NCBI GenBank assembly: GCA_963706955.1
Contig: CAVPOC010000008.1
Coordinates: 768,001-832,000 of the forward strand
Direction: 5' to 3'
DNA length: 64,000 nucleotides
From: an uncultured Verrucomicrobiae bacterium
GTDB taxonomy: Bacteria > Verrucomicrobiota > Verrucomicrobiia > Chthoniobacterales > Terrimicrobiaceae
Shown here: positions 1 to 10,639 of the stretch, one piece after another
Layout of the letters: each line of letters starts with the position of its first letter
Position numbering within the stretch: the first letter of the stretch is position 1
The notes under the pieces: generated by a model
The model's database searches: none
Told to the model about the DNA's origin: nothing
The model's input: only the letters and a program-made list of their open reading frames with translations
Translations under genes and position numbers: made by a program

Positions 1-197
1 TGGCGGATGGATTGAGCGCCGAAGGCTTAGTGTTCGTCCTTGAAAGATCTTGGGCTCGAGTTTGCCGCAGTGGGCCGGCCTGGCTCGACGGCAAAGAAGC
101 TAACCAGGACATGGTCGGTTCGATGAGATACCGTCGTTGGCGGGATATCGAGCCGGAATTCCTAAACAGCCATTGCATAAGAAACGGGCCGCTTTGA
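1..197 (+). CDS. Probable 3' end of an upstream gene, product unknown
   Basis: The ORF closes at 197, 25 bp before the epimerase start. No recognisable motif. Confidence 0.3.
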   Translation, partial: ADGLSAEGLVFVLERSWARVCRSGPAWLDGKEANQDMVGSMRYRRWRDIEPEFLNSHCIRNGPL

Positions 198-222
198 ACA
201 GGCAGTTTCGCACTACACGTTT

Positions 223-1161
223 ATGAACGAAAGGGTCATGCTGACGGGAGGAGCGGGGTTTATCGGTTCGGCTGTCATCGAACAGCTCAAGGAACTGCGT
301 TGCGACGTGTTTGTTCTCGATAACCTGTCCTTCGGAAAGAGAGAGCTTGCCGCCGTTCCAGACAGCCGATTCTTTGAGGTCGATATTCTCGATCACCGCG
401 CAACCGCGGACTGTGTGCGCGCAATTGCGCCTGCGTGGGTAATCCATCTCGCGGCCGTGCACTTTATCCCCTATTGCAATGCGCACCCCTATGAATCGAC
501 GAATCTCAATCTACTCGGGACGACAAACGTTCTGGATGCACTCCGGACTGTTGCCTCCGTAGAGAAAGTGTTCTTTGCTTCTACCGCGGCTGTCTACGCC
601 GATTCGCCAACGTCGGTTGCAGAGACGTCCCCGGCTATTCCCTTAGATATCTACGGACTGACCAAGCGGATCGGCGAGCGACTGATGCACGAGTTTCACG
701 TGACGACCAATGTGCCGTGCGTCATCGGGCGGCTGTTCAATGCGTATGGTCCTCATGAAACCAACGCCCATTTGATTCCCGAAATTCTTCGTCAAGTTCT
801 CGAAGGAAAACAGATCATTGAACTAGGCAACCTCTCCACACGACGCGATTACATCCATACCAGCGACATAGCTCGCGCAATTTCGAAATTGATGGCTTGC
901 CAGACCGGCGGATTCGACGTCTTCAATATCGGCTCGGGCGAGTCTTTCAGCGCCGGCGAGATTGTCCAGTTTTTCGAACGTGCCATCAACCACCCCTTGG
1001 TCGTCGATGTCGCCAAAGATCGCGTCCGCAAAATCGATCGCGCGCTCCTGCAAGCGGACATCACTAAGATTCATCGAGCCACCGGGTGGACGCCTCAGGT
1101 GGACATTCAACAGGGGATCACGGCCTTGGTGCAGGACGAAGTGTCCCTCCCCTCTCGGTAG
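223..1161 (+). CDS. NAD-dependent epimerase/dehydratase (extended SDR)
   Basis: TGGAGFIG Rossmann motif, HLAA, ASTAAVY, YGLTK (YxxxK), RLFNAYGP, RDYIH. Confidence 0.9.
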   Translation: MNERVMLTGGAGFIGSAVIEQLKELRCDVFVLDNLSFGKRELAAVPDSRFFEVDILDHRATADCVRAIAPAWVIHLAAVHFIPYCNAHPYESTNLNLLGTTNVLDALRTVASVEKVFFASTAAVYADSPTSVAETSPAIPLDIYGLTKRIGERLMHEFHVTTNVPCVIGRLFNAYGPHETNAHLIPEILRQVLEGKQIIELGNLSTRRDYIHTSDIARAISKLMACQTGGFDVFNIGSGESFSAGEIVQFFERAINHPLVVDVAKDRVRKIDRALLQADITKIHRATGWTPQVDIQQGITALVQDEVSLPSR

Positions 1162-1166
1162 AGCCA

Positions 1167-2978
1167 TTGGTTAAGTTCAAGAGCTTTTTCGAAAGCTGTC
1201 GAGCCCCCAAGGACGTGTTTGTGGTGGCTCAAAGACGCAAATGCCCGACCGCTGTCGAAGTCCAACGACTTCTGCAGCGTCTGGCCCTCCAATCGCCTCC
1301 CCCTGCGCGCATCCATTGCTTTCTCGGAAGGCGAAATGTTTTCGAAAGCGAGGCCATTCTCGGACTCCTGGAAAAGCGGGGATTCAAGCCAACGTTCTCG
1401 CCGGGAGTCGGTCGTCGTCTCAATGATGAGGAAATCTTTCATCTCGCCAACTTTCTTGACGTGCTGAGAACAAACTATGAATTCGACCAACAGCGCCAGG
1501 ACTATTATCGGCAATGGCGGGACGAGTTGCTAAGTGTCGGACGGAGCGACCGCCAACCCGACGAATTGGGACTAAGGTATGCGGCCCTACCTTTGCCCGC
1601 CCGGCTGTCAAAATTGTTTACTCCCCTAAGGAGAAACGGAACGGCCGCGGAGGCAAATCCGGCCGAATCGGAAATGCTCAAGGCATTCTTCCTAGGACGG
1701 AAGGCGGATGCCCCCTACGGGCCTAGCCGCGAACGCTTGAAATCCGGCGGCTGGCTAAGCACCCATATGTTCTTGCTTCCCGAGCCAGAGGAATGCTCCT
1801 TGATCGAGAGGGCTTTTCAAGCTGGGCAAGAAGCCTCCTCGACCCCAATCGCGCCGGAGCGAATTCTCCTCTGTGGGTGGTACGGAACCGAAACCCTGGG
1901 GGATAAAGCTATTCTAGGCGGTATCCTCGACGTTGTGCGCAAACGATGGCCGGGGGTAGCCGTCGATCTCGCCTCGCTTGAACCGTACGTTTCACGAATG
2001 ACCGTCCGGCAGATGCCCGATCTACGAATAGAGCGCGTGTTGACTCTCGGCGAGGCGTTCGCCACCGTAGCAGCGGCCCAGTACCGTGCGGTGGCCATTG
2101 CCGGAGGACCACTCATGTCGTCCATCCCCTGGTGCACCCATTTGCTCGAAATCTTCGCGGCAGCGAAGCAAGCTGGCACAAAATGCCTGCTTGCCGGTTG
2201 CGGGATAGGCCCGCTCTACGTCGATTACCGAAATGCGGCGATCAAACACTTGCTGGAGCTAGCGGACGAAGTCGTGCTGCGCGATCAAGGATCCGCCCGG
2301 ATCGCCCGCGACGTGCTCAAGGTGGAACGAAAATGTGAGGTCGCGCTCGATCCCGCCTTCATTTGGATCCGTCGGCGCAGCAGATCCTCCGAAAGAGATC
2401 CGAAACAAATCCTGCTCGCGCTTCGGAACTGGCCCATCGAGGAATTTGCAGCCCGGATGGAACGAACTCAGGCCGAGCAAATCAAGGCTGCTTATGAGAA
2501 GCAACTCATCCTGATGATAGATGAGATACTCCGTATCGACCCCGCAATCAGGCTGGTCCCTTTCTGCATGCATAAATATGCCGTCGGGGGCGACGATCGC
2601 ATTTTCTACAGACGTCTCCTGATTCGATTCCCTGACATACTTTCACGGTTAGACAATCGGCACAGAACCCCGCTCGAGGACCTCCATCTCATCGCCCGCA
2701 GTCGTGCTGTGCTGGCGATGCGCTTTCATAGCGTTGTCTTTTCACTCGCCACGAACACGCCGTTTCTGGCGGTGGACTACACCCTCGGCGGCAAGATCGC
2801 GGGACTTCTCGGCGACGTGAAGGCACTACCCTCACTGATTCCTATAGATCGCTTTGACGGCGCGAGCACTGCGGAGCGGTTGTTAGCTCTCACAGAGCCG
2901 ACGACTGACCTTTCCGCGCACATTGGGGCGACAGAATCTGCAATCAACAAATGCCTTGCCAGCGCCTTCGGCGGTTGA
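1167..2978 (+). CDS. Polysaccharide pyruvyl transferase family protein, paralogue 1, with extra N-terminal domain
   Basis: GWYGTETLGDKAIL, AGGPLM, GCGIGPL, LRDQGS, DPAF, AMRFHSVVFS, DYTLGGKI. Start placed at the in-frame TTG 1167 just after the upstream stop. Confidence 0.8.
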   Translation: MVKFKSFFESCRAPKDVFVVAQRRKCPTAVEVQRLLQRLALQSPPPARIHCFLGRRNVFESEAILGLLEKRGFKPTFSPGVGRRLNDEEIFHLANFLDVLRTNYEFDQQRQDYYRQWRDELLSVGRSDRQPDELGLRYAALPLPARLSKLFTPLRRNGTAAEANPAESEMLKAFFLGRKADAPYGPSRERLKSGGWLSTHMFLLPEPEECSLIERAFQAGQEASSTPIAPERILLCGWYGTETLGDKAILGGILDVVRKRWPGVAVDLASLEPYVSRMTVRQMPDLRIERVLTLGEAFATVAAAQYRAVAIAGGPLMSSIPWCTHLLEIFAAAKQAGTKCLLAGCGIGPLYVDYRNAAIKHLLELADEVVLRDQGSARIARDVLKVERKCEVALDPAFIWIRRRSRSSERDPKQILLALRNWPIEEFAARMERTQAEQIKAAYEKQLILMIDEILRIDPAIRLVPFCMHKYAVGGDDRIFYRRLLIRFPDILSRLDNRHRTPLEDLHLIARSRAVLAMRFHSVVFSLATNTPFLAVDYTLGGKIAGLLGDVKALPSLIPIDRFDGASTAERLLALTEPTTDLSAHIGATESAINKCLASAFGG

Positions 2979-3139
2979 TGACGCCGGCAGGTCCTGAGCA
3001 AGGTTGGAGCGGTTGGTCCGCGAGAGGAAAATCCGACTCTCTTCTAAGCCATCCCGAGTCGGCAGGTGCGCGAAGGTTCACGTCAACGACCGAATTCGTT
3101 CGACTGTCTGATGTTCGTGGCAAGTCGGAGCGTGGCGCT

Positions 3140-5005
3140 ATGATCCTGTTTCGGCTCTCTGAGCTTGGCGAGAAGTTGCAGTCTGCCCGGACGCTGCTCG
3201 CGAGGAGTCTTCGTTTGGGGACTCGTGGCAAGGCTGTCCGGATTCTTCCTGGTCGGTCGTTGCGCCACCGTTATCGAAATCAAGCGCCTGACGGAATCAC
3301 TCGCCAAACAATCGCCGTCTCCTCATCTCCATTGCTTCATCGGAAAGCGAAACGTTTTTGATTGCGAGGCCATCCTGGGACTTCTCGAAGAGGGGCAACT
3401 CTCCTTCTCTTTCTCGCCAAGCAACGGCCCGCGCTTGAATCAAGAAGAGATCTACCATCTTGTCGCGTTCTTAGAAATCCTGATCCACGAAAACAAGACC
3501 GCGGAGGTCCGACGCAAGTTCTATCGGGAATGGCAAAGAGATTTGCTGACAACCGGCGGGCAAACTCCGGGCGTCTCAGATGTCTTGCTTGAGAGCTCGA
3601 CAGACCCGACGAGTGACGTCCCCTTTCCGGATGAGACTTCGGTTACTGATAGGCTTTCTACGGTGCTCGGAGAAGCGAACTTCGATCCAAACCGAATGCC
3701 AGTGCCTCCATGGACAACGCGCGAGCGGCTGTTGCACGAAGGCTGGTTTGGAATGGCGATCCCGACAGTTGACGAGGAAGAGGAGAAAAAGCTGATCGCG
3801 CACGCGTTCGCCTTCGCCAAGAGTGCGACGCCGTCTGCCCAGCCGCGGCCTGCCCGTTTGCTGATTTGCGGATGGTACGGAACCGAGACTCTTGGCGATA
3901 AGGCAATCCTCGGTGGCGTGATCATTGCCGCAAGGAAGAGATCTCCCTCGTCTTGCGATCGATGTGGCGTCGCTGGAACCATACGTGACCAAAGAGACGT
4001 CACGGCAAATGCCAGACCTCCGGATTGGCAGGGTCCTGAGTTTCGGAGAAGCGCTTGCGGGAATTCTGAAGGAACGAGTTTGCGGCCATCGCCGTCGTCG
4101 GTCCGTTAATGTCCTCAATCCGTCGTTGTACACACCTCTTTGAACTCTTTGCGGCAGCCAAAATTTCCGGAACAAAAGCCATTGTCGCTGGCTGCGGCGT
4201 GGGCCCGCTTCAGGTTGAGCATCGCAACGCAGCGATCAAGCACATGCTTGAGCTCGCGGACGAGGTTGTTCTGCGCGACACAGCCTCCGCGGAGCTAGCT
4301 CGGACCAAGCTCGACGTGAAGCGCCCCTATGTCGTCGCGCCGGATGCCGCCTTTCTCTGGATTCGTCGGCAAAAGCCCCTTTCCGTGGAGAGAGACAACC
4401 GGCGCGTGCTACTGGCATTGCGCGACTGGCCATTGAACGAGTTTGGGGCAGGGATCGACCCCTCAACGGCGGCAAACGTCAAAGAACGCTACGAAGCCGA
4501 GTTGGTAGAAATGATACGTGAACTCCATCGCCTGGAACCCTCTCTGCAAATCGTTCCCTTCTGCATGCACAAGTATTTTGTGGGCGGCGACGACAGAAAG
4601 TTCTATCGAAGGTTGCTGAAGGGGTTTCCCCAAATTTGGCTGCGACTGGACGATCGGCACCGCCCTCCGGCGGAGGATCTTCGCTTTTTTGCAACCAGCC
4701 GAGCCGTGCTGGCGATGCGTTTTCACAGCGTTGTATTCTCACTGGCAACTAATACCCCGTTCTTGGCAGTTGATTATACGATGGGAGGGAAAATTGCCGG
4801 CTTGCTCAGCGACGTGGGCGCACCTGAGCTTATCAGGAGCATCGCGGATTTCGATGGAAGGTCGACGGCAAGTGCGTTGCTTAGCGCAGAGACCACTCGG
4901 CGGGATCCGGACGAATTGGCCAAGGCAGTCGAAACCGCTTTGGATGAGGCTTTCGACCGATGCTTTCGGGACGGACGCGAGTCGTATCGAACGACGACAG
5001 AATAA
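3140..5005 (+). CDS. Polysaccharide pyruvyl transferase family protein, paralogue 2 (split by about 3 frameshifts)
   Basis: ORF pieces from ATG 3140, 3165-4109, 3925-4143 and 4109-5005 are collinear with paralogue 1 (GWYGTETLGDKAILGG, DVASLEPYV, VPFCMHKY, AMRFHSVVFS). Confidence 0.8.
4799..4953 (+). repeat. Direct repeat copy A (155 bp), 3' part of pyruvyl transferase paralogue 2
   Basis: Ungapped alignment with 6155-6309; 13 mismatches counted by eye (about 92% identity). Confidence 0.92.
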
Positions 5006-5274
5006 GAGATGGACCCACTGGATTTGACCGGACGAGATACGTTCGGAAGTTTTGCTTTCATGCCACCTGGGCCTCGAGGGGGAACGAGCGATTTCGAGTT
5101 GTTCTTGATCTGCAACCAGCCGTTTGATTTGAAACCCTTGGCCGACCTCTTGCTTATCTCAATCAACATATCAATTCCCTAAAATCACCCCTCTCGTTGG
5201 GGACGTATCTCGTCTTGATTCCGCAGATCGCATCTTGAACACCGCTTCCGCCAACGCTCGCACACGCTAAAACT

Positions 5275-6140
5275 GTGAACGCTATCGTAACCCTTGCACT
5301 CGGTGAGACGTCACCTAAGCGCTTGGCGACGCTTTTGTGAGCCCGGATGGCGCGAGTACGCAAGACGCCAAGGATTCCAATTAATATGTCTGGAGCAGCC
5401 GCTTGACACATCGGAGCGAGCGACGGCTCGTTCACCCGCATGGCAAAAATGTTTGGTGGCAAGTCAGTCATTTGCCGCCAATTACGAGCAAATCGCCTGG
5501 GTTGACGTAGACATCCTTATCAACGGGGAGACCTCGCCGAGCATTTTCGCCGGCGTCTCTCTCGATAAGGTTGGTGCAGTCGAGGCTTGGTATGGTCGGA
5601 TCCCCGAATTACGCGAGCAAATCATTACGAGACGAAATGAAGAGCTCCCTTCAACTAATAAGATGCTCGATAATAACGCCCCTGCAGATTATTATGCGCG
5701 GTATGGTCTTTCCCCGCTTTTCGACTTGGTCGTTCAGACCGGTGTGCTCGTCTTTTCCCTCGCTGCACATCGCGCGGTTTTTGAGAAAACGTACGTACGA
5801 ATACGAGGAACGCGGCGGGCGGGAATGGAACTTCGAGATGCGCCCGCTTTCCTACGAACTGCTAAAAGCGGACCTGGTTCATTGGATTGACCATCGGTTC
5901 AATGCCGTTTGGAAGAACATTAAATGTCTTCACTATCCCTTTTTGACGTTCCGCCACAAGAGCAGTTTTGTGCTTCGTGTGCAAAAGAGGTTATCCCGTG
6001 AGCTAGGCTTTCACTATCGGAAGCGCCTTGCGCGGCACTGCGCAACCGCGGCGTTTCAGAACAATTACTTTCTGCATTTTGCAGGCGCTTTTCACGAGAT
6101 CGGGCTCGTCGAACAACCCTCCCGCTGTCGCGGCGCCTGA
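5275..6140 (+). CDS. GT-A fold glycosyltransferase, GT34/GMA12-MNN10-like (frameshifted)
   Basis: GTG 5275 gives NAIVTLALG; then YARRQGF, RSPAWQK, WVDVDILIN (DxD), VQTGVLV, E-MRPLSY, DHRFNAVW, YFLHFAG across ORFs 5294-5890 and 5571-6140. Confidence 0.65.
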
Positions 6141-6154
6141 AACAATGGGCGACT

Positions 6155-6349
6155 GGCTTGCTCAGTGACGTGGGCGCAACTGAGCTTATCAGGAACATCG
6201 CGAATTTCGATGGAAGGTCGACGGCAAGTGCGTTGCTTAGCGTCGAGACCTCTCGGCGGGATCCGGACGAATTTGCCATGGCAGTCGAAGCCGCTTTGGA
6301 GGGAGCTTTTGTTCGAACTCTGCAAAATGGATCTGCCAGAAGGAACTGA
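6155..6349 (+). pseudogene. Orphan 3' fragment of a pyruvyl transferase gene (direct repeat copy B, 6155-6309, with its own stop)
   Basis: LLSDVGATELIRNIANFDGRSTASALLS matches the C-terminus of ORF 4109-5005. The stop at 6349 lies 6 bp before the next GTG. Confidence 0.85.
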
Positions 6350-6355
6350 TCGAAG

Positions 6356-7616
6356 GTGAAGGTGGCCTTAATGATGCAGGGTAATGGGACGAGCTGGATT
6401 GGGGGCACAGAGGACATCAGAAACCTCGTTGTTTCGTGTGGCAACCTGCCCCCGGAGGAACGATCAGATATCGAGCTGCGTCTGATTTGCGATGAATCAT
6501 TCGACGCACAGAAGCCTCGCCGATCTCGCCCCGTATCTCGGGCGAACCTATCAATTCCCCAGCGACCTTCCCCCACCAGACCTCTCCCCACCAGAGCTTC
6601 CGCCTTCACCCAGTAGCCGAATCGCCGGTCTCCTCTCACCCTTTCGAAAGCATACGCCGCCGGCCAAACCCTCTACGCAGCCCAATGCGCAGATGGCCGA
6701 TTTCCTCGCGCGAGAACGAATCGACTTTCTCTATCCGGTGATATTTCACCGCTATCAATTGCCAATCGGAGAGACGCTGGGAGCTTGCCGCTGGGCCGGA
6801 TGGCTTCCGGACTTTCAACATCGCCACTTGCCGCAATACTTTGATCCCAACGCGCTCACCCGCAGAGAGGCGGGCCTGAATGTGTTCTTCAGTGATGCCC
6901 GGACCATTGTCTTCAGCAGCCACAATGCGGCGACCGATTACAAGCGGTTCTACCCGGCTGCGACCGCCCAAGCTGAGGTCTTGCATTTTCATACTTTTCC
7001 GCCCGATAGCTGGTATGAGGGAGATCCGTTAGAGGTTCAGCGCACATTTCATCTCCCAGACAAGTTTATCCTCGTCAGCAATCAGCTTTGGCAGCACAAG
7101 AACCACCTCGAGCTCTTTGAGGCACTGGCTTTGTTGAGTTCCGCCAGATCCTCCGATCTGCCTCATATCGTTTGCACGGGCTATCCGGCAGATGAACGGA
7201 ATCCAAACCACATCAATCACTGTCTGCGTGCCGTTCATGAATTAGGCCTTGCACAGCAAGTGAGCATCCTCGGATTGATCGAGCGGGCGGAGCAGATCCA
7301 ACTCCTTCGCAGATGTGTTGCAGTAGTCCAACCCTCGCTCTTCGAAGGCTGGAGTACGATTGTGGAAGACGCTCGTGTTTTTGGGAAAAGAATTTTGATG
7401 TCCGACATCGCGGTTCACAAGGAGCAAAACCCCCCGAACGGTCTATACTTCGAGCACGCGTCTCGACGCTCACTGGCGGATCGGCTGGATGAGGTCTGGA
7501 AGACGGGGATTCCCGGTCCTGACTTAGAAAAAGAGACCGAAGCACGCACCAAAGCCATCGAGAAGGCCCACGCTTACGCGCGCAGTTTCTTAAGCCTTGC
7601 GCGGAATGCGCCGTGA
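6356..7616 (+). CDS. GT4 (GT-B) glycosyltransferase, one frameshift near 6490
   Basis: WIGG N-terminal motif, GWLPDFQHRHLP, NQLWQHKNH, QPSLFEGWSTIVEDA, SDIAVHKEQ. Confidence 0.85.
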
Positions 7617-7719
7617 AGCACCCACTCCACTTTTCGATCCATCAGCAGGGAGTTTCCCGTTGACGAAACACATCGTGAAGTGCCCCCGAAATCGCACTCG
7701 GTAACGATTCCGAGAGGGT

Positions 7720-8898
7720 ATGACTATTTCGACTAGCACCAAACCGACGAAAGAGGCGGTCACTCGCTCGGACTTGCGAGTGCTTTTTCTTTACCCTCCC
7801 GGTCGCCTGAGTCGTTTGCAGAAAGCCCGCGCCGGGCGAGTCCCGACGGAGTTTTTCTTTGGCGGAGTTGAAATGGAAAAGGCCGGCTTTCACATCGAGC
7901 ACCGCGAGATCGAGCTGAAGGCCTGGCAGCCACTGGCTCTTCCCAGTCTCGACGCATGGATTTGCCGCGTTTTTAGAGACGCCGATGAACTCACGGGCAG
8001 GGGCATCCGTGCAGCTCGTTCCCTGCTCAGGGACGCGCCGGCGGCAGACTGCATAGTAGTTGTCGAGGAGTTTCTCGCTGCCGGATTGGCCTTTTGGGCT
8101 CTCTTGCGCCAGGCGAAGGTCCCAATCGTATCCATTCGAAGCCGCCTTTCGTGGCTTGCTCCTTCGACAGGACTAGCGCGGATGATTATCGGCACGCTTC
8201 TTCGACAGGAGCATAACGTGGTCATCAGCCCTGTTGAAGCCGACATCGGTCAAAGGCGCTTCTCACTCAACTCGCAGCACCTCTCATTTCACACCTTCGG
8301 CGTGGATGTCCAATTTTGGAAGCCCGGAACTGCAGCTCAAGAATTTGTGCTCTGCGTGGGAGACTCGTTTCGCGACCATCGGACTTTGCTTCGGGCGGCG
8401 GAAGAGATCGATGCTCCCGTGCTGATCGTTTCTGGCCAAAAGCTTCCGGAGCCCATTCCCGCGAATGTCACCGTTCGGACGGGAAGCTGGCGAAAAGAAT
8501 ACCTAAGCGACGAAGAATTGCGCGACCTGTATTGGCGCGCGATGTGCGTCGTCATTCCTCTGGAGGACCATCCAATGCCTATCGGGCAGAGCGTCTGTCT
8601 CCAGGCACTCGCGTGTGCTAAGGCGGTAGTCATGACCCGCACCAAAGGATTGTGGTCTCCGCACCTCAAGGACGGAATTAACCTCCTGATGGTCGATCCT
8701 CAGGACAGATCCGGCCTCGCCTCTCAAGTAAATCGCCTGCGTCTTGACCCCGCGCTGGCGTCCCGACTTGGGCAGGCTGGTCGCGAGACCGTCTGCCGGC
8801 ATTTCCGAATCACCGACTTCGCTGCACGTTTGCAACAGACATGCCAGACTCTCGTCGATAATGCCAGGAGCAGGCGTCGGCTACTCTCTCGAGCTTAA
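7720..8898 (+). CDS. GT4 glycosyltransferase
   Basis: FGVDVQFWKP, RDHRTLL, VVIPL...GQSVCLQALACAKAVV. Confidence 0.85.
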   Translation: MTISTSTKPTKEAVTRSDLRVLFLYPPGRLSRLQKARAGRVPTEFFFGGVEMEKAGFHIEHREIELKAWQPLALPSLDAWICRVFRDADELTGRGIRAARSLLRDAPAADCIVVVEEFLAAGLAFWALLRQAKVPIVSIRSRLSWLAPSTGLARMIIGTLLRQEHNVVISPVEADIGQRRFSLNSQHLSFHTFGVDVQFWKPGTAAQEFVLCVGDSFRDHRTLLRAAEEIDAPVLIVSGQKLPEPIPANVTVRTGSWRKEYLSDEELRDLYWRAMCVVIPLEDHPMPIGQSVCLQALACAKAVVMTRTKGLWSPHLKDGINLLMVDPQDRSGLASQVNRLRLDPALASRLGQAGRETVCRHFRITDFAARLQQTCQTLVDNARSRRRLLSRA

Positions 8899-9188
8899 CC
8901 GTTTTGAGAGTGTCGCTCTCCCACTCGCACAACAAGGGATGTTTGGTCCTTCGGTATTCCGAGACGCCCGCGAGGGCCAAGAAAGCGAGTCAGTTGAAGC
9001 TAAGTGCGAGTGGTGGCCTATCGCGGTGCGGAAACACGCTAGCCGATGAGAACCGTCCGGGCAGTTGCGATGGCCAAAGATAAGGCGAGCTCGGAGAGAC
9101 TCTCTCGCGCTGGGTGCGGCCAATGGCTAGCAGCAGTCTCTTCCTGCGAAAAGAGAGCCGTTGCCGACCCTTATCACTGCACGAGAAA

Positions 9189-10514
9189 ATGAAAATTGGC
9201 ATTCTTGATCAGACGTGTGCGGGATGGTCAGGCGGCGCCAGCTATACCCGCATCCTTCTTGCGAGTCTCGCAGCCACTCGGGCGAACGGTAGTGCCGACG
9301 CCGACCCCGCCAGCCTACCCCACGACAACAGGCTGGTCTTTCTCACCAGGGGAGGAAACATCGGACCTCCGGATCGAGTTCAGAGCGCGTGCTTCGCATC
9401 GGTGCTGCAGGCCTACATAACCAGCGGCCGGGTTTCCGAGTTCGGCTTCGATGTGGTCCTTCCGGTGCGGGACAATGCTGTTCACGATATTCCCACCGCC
9501 AAAGTGGGCTGGATTCCTGACTTTCAACATTATCGGCTTCCCGAGCTGTTTTCGTTGAAGGATCTGGCGGCGCGAGATGCACTATTTGATACCATCGCTG
9601 GCGATTGTGAGCTCGTTATTGTCTCAAGCGAGAGCGCGCGAGAGGACTTTGAGACGTTCCTGCCTCTTTTTGCCGAAAAGGCGCGCGTCCTTCCTTTTCC
9701 ATCCATTCTCTGGGCAGCCTCGCTTACTGAAGATCCGCAACGGGTTGTTCTCAACTATCATTTGCCCGCGAAATACGGGTTCGTGGCCAATCAATTCTGG
9801 CGCCATAAGAATCATTCCGTGCTCCCGGATGCGCTTTCGATCTTGAAACGTCAGGGGATCGAGCTGCCGCTGGTCTTAACCGGTTTGCCGACAGACTATC
9901 GAGACACCGAGAATCAACACCTCTCGGAATTCTTCCAGGCGTGCGCTCGTCTCGGTGTCGGGAATCAGGTGCACTTCCTCGGGCATCTACCCTATTGGGA
10001 CATGATCTCGCTCATGCGCTGCGCCGCCGTGGTCATTCAACCTTCTCGCTTCGAAGGCTGGAATACCAGCGTGGAGGACGCCAAAGCGCTCGGCCGGCCT
10101 CTCCTTTGTTCAGATATTCCCGTCCACCGGGATCAAGCCCCAGAAGCACTCGGCTTTTTCGAAGCCACCTCCTCGGAACAGCTCGCTCACCTTCTGAGCG
10201 CATCCTTTCCGCATTTGGATCCCGGGCCGTCGCCGCTTTCCGAAGCGAGCGCGCTGGCGCAAAGCAGGGCGCGAGCTCTCCAGTTCGGACGTTCACTCCT
10301 TTCGATTGCACAAGAGGCTTATTCTCTTAGACCTCCGCGTGTCGCCAGCTACCCGCCGGTCCTTACCAAAGTGCATGAGCCGGTAAGGATCGCTAATAAG
10401 CCAGATCCCACCACCGAACTTAACCAGAAGAGCGCTGGCCGGACCCGCACCTATCTCGAGGCAAAAGCGCGATCATCTACGCTATATCGTTGGCAAGTTT
10501 TCTTTCCATATTAG
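9189..10514 (+). CDS. GT4 glycosyltransferase, paralogue of 6356-7616; possibly fused to the next GT2
   Basis: ATG 9189 MKIGIL..WSGGASY, GWIPDFQH, NQFWRHKNH, QPSRFEGWNTSVEDA. Confidence 0.85.
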   Translation: MKIGILDQTCAGWSGGASYTRILLASLAATRANGSADADPASLPHDNRLVFLTRGGNIGPPDRVQSACFASVLQAYITSGRVSEFGFDVVLPVRDNAVHDIPTAKVGWIPDFQHYRLPELFSLKDLAARDALFDTIAGDCELVIVSSESAREDFETFLPLFAEKARVLPFPSILWAASLTEDPQRVVLNYHLPAKYGFVANQFWRHKNHSVLPDALSILKRQGIELPLVLTGLPTDYRDTENQHLSEFFQACARLGVGNQVHFLGHLPYWDMISLMRCAAVVIQPSRFEGWNTSVEDAKALGRPLLCSDIPVHRDQAPEALGFFEATSSEQLAHLLSASFPHLDPGPSPLSEASALAQSRARALQFGRSLLSIAQEAYSLRPPRVASYPPVLTKVHEPVRIANKPDPTTELNQKSAGRTRTYLEAKARSSTLYRWQVFFPY

Positions 10515-10639
10515 CTGGTGGCTAAACCATCCGCATCACAGCTGGCACCGTCTGCATGAGCTGAGGCATCCTCTCTTTCACCTCATTACTAGCTATCATC
10601 GAATCACTTGGAGTTCTCCGGCAGTACACCCCCCGGCCG

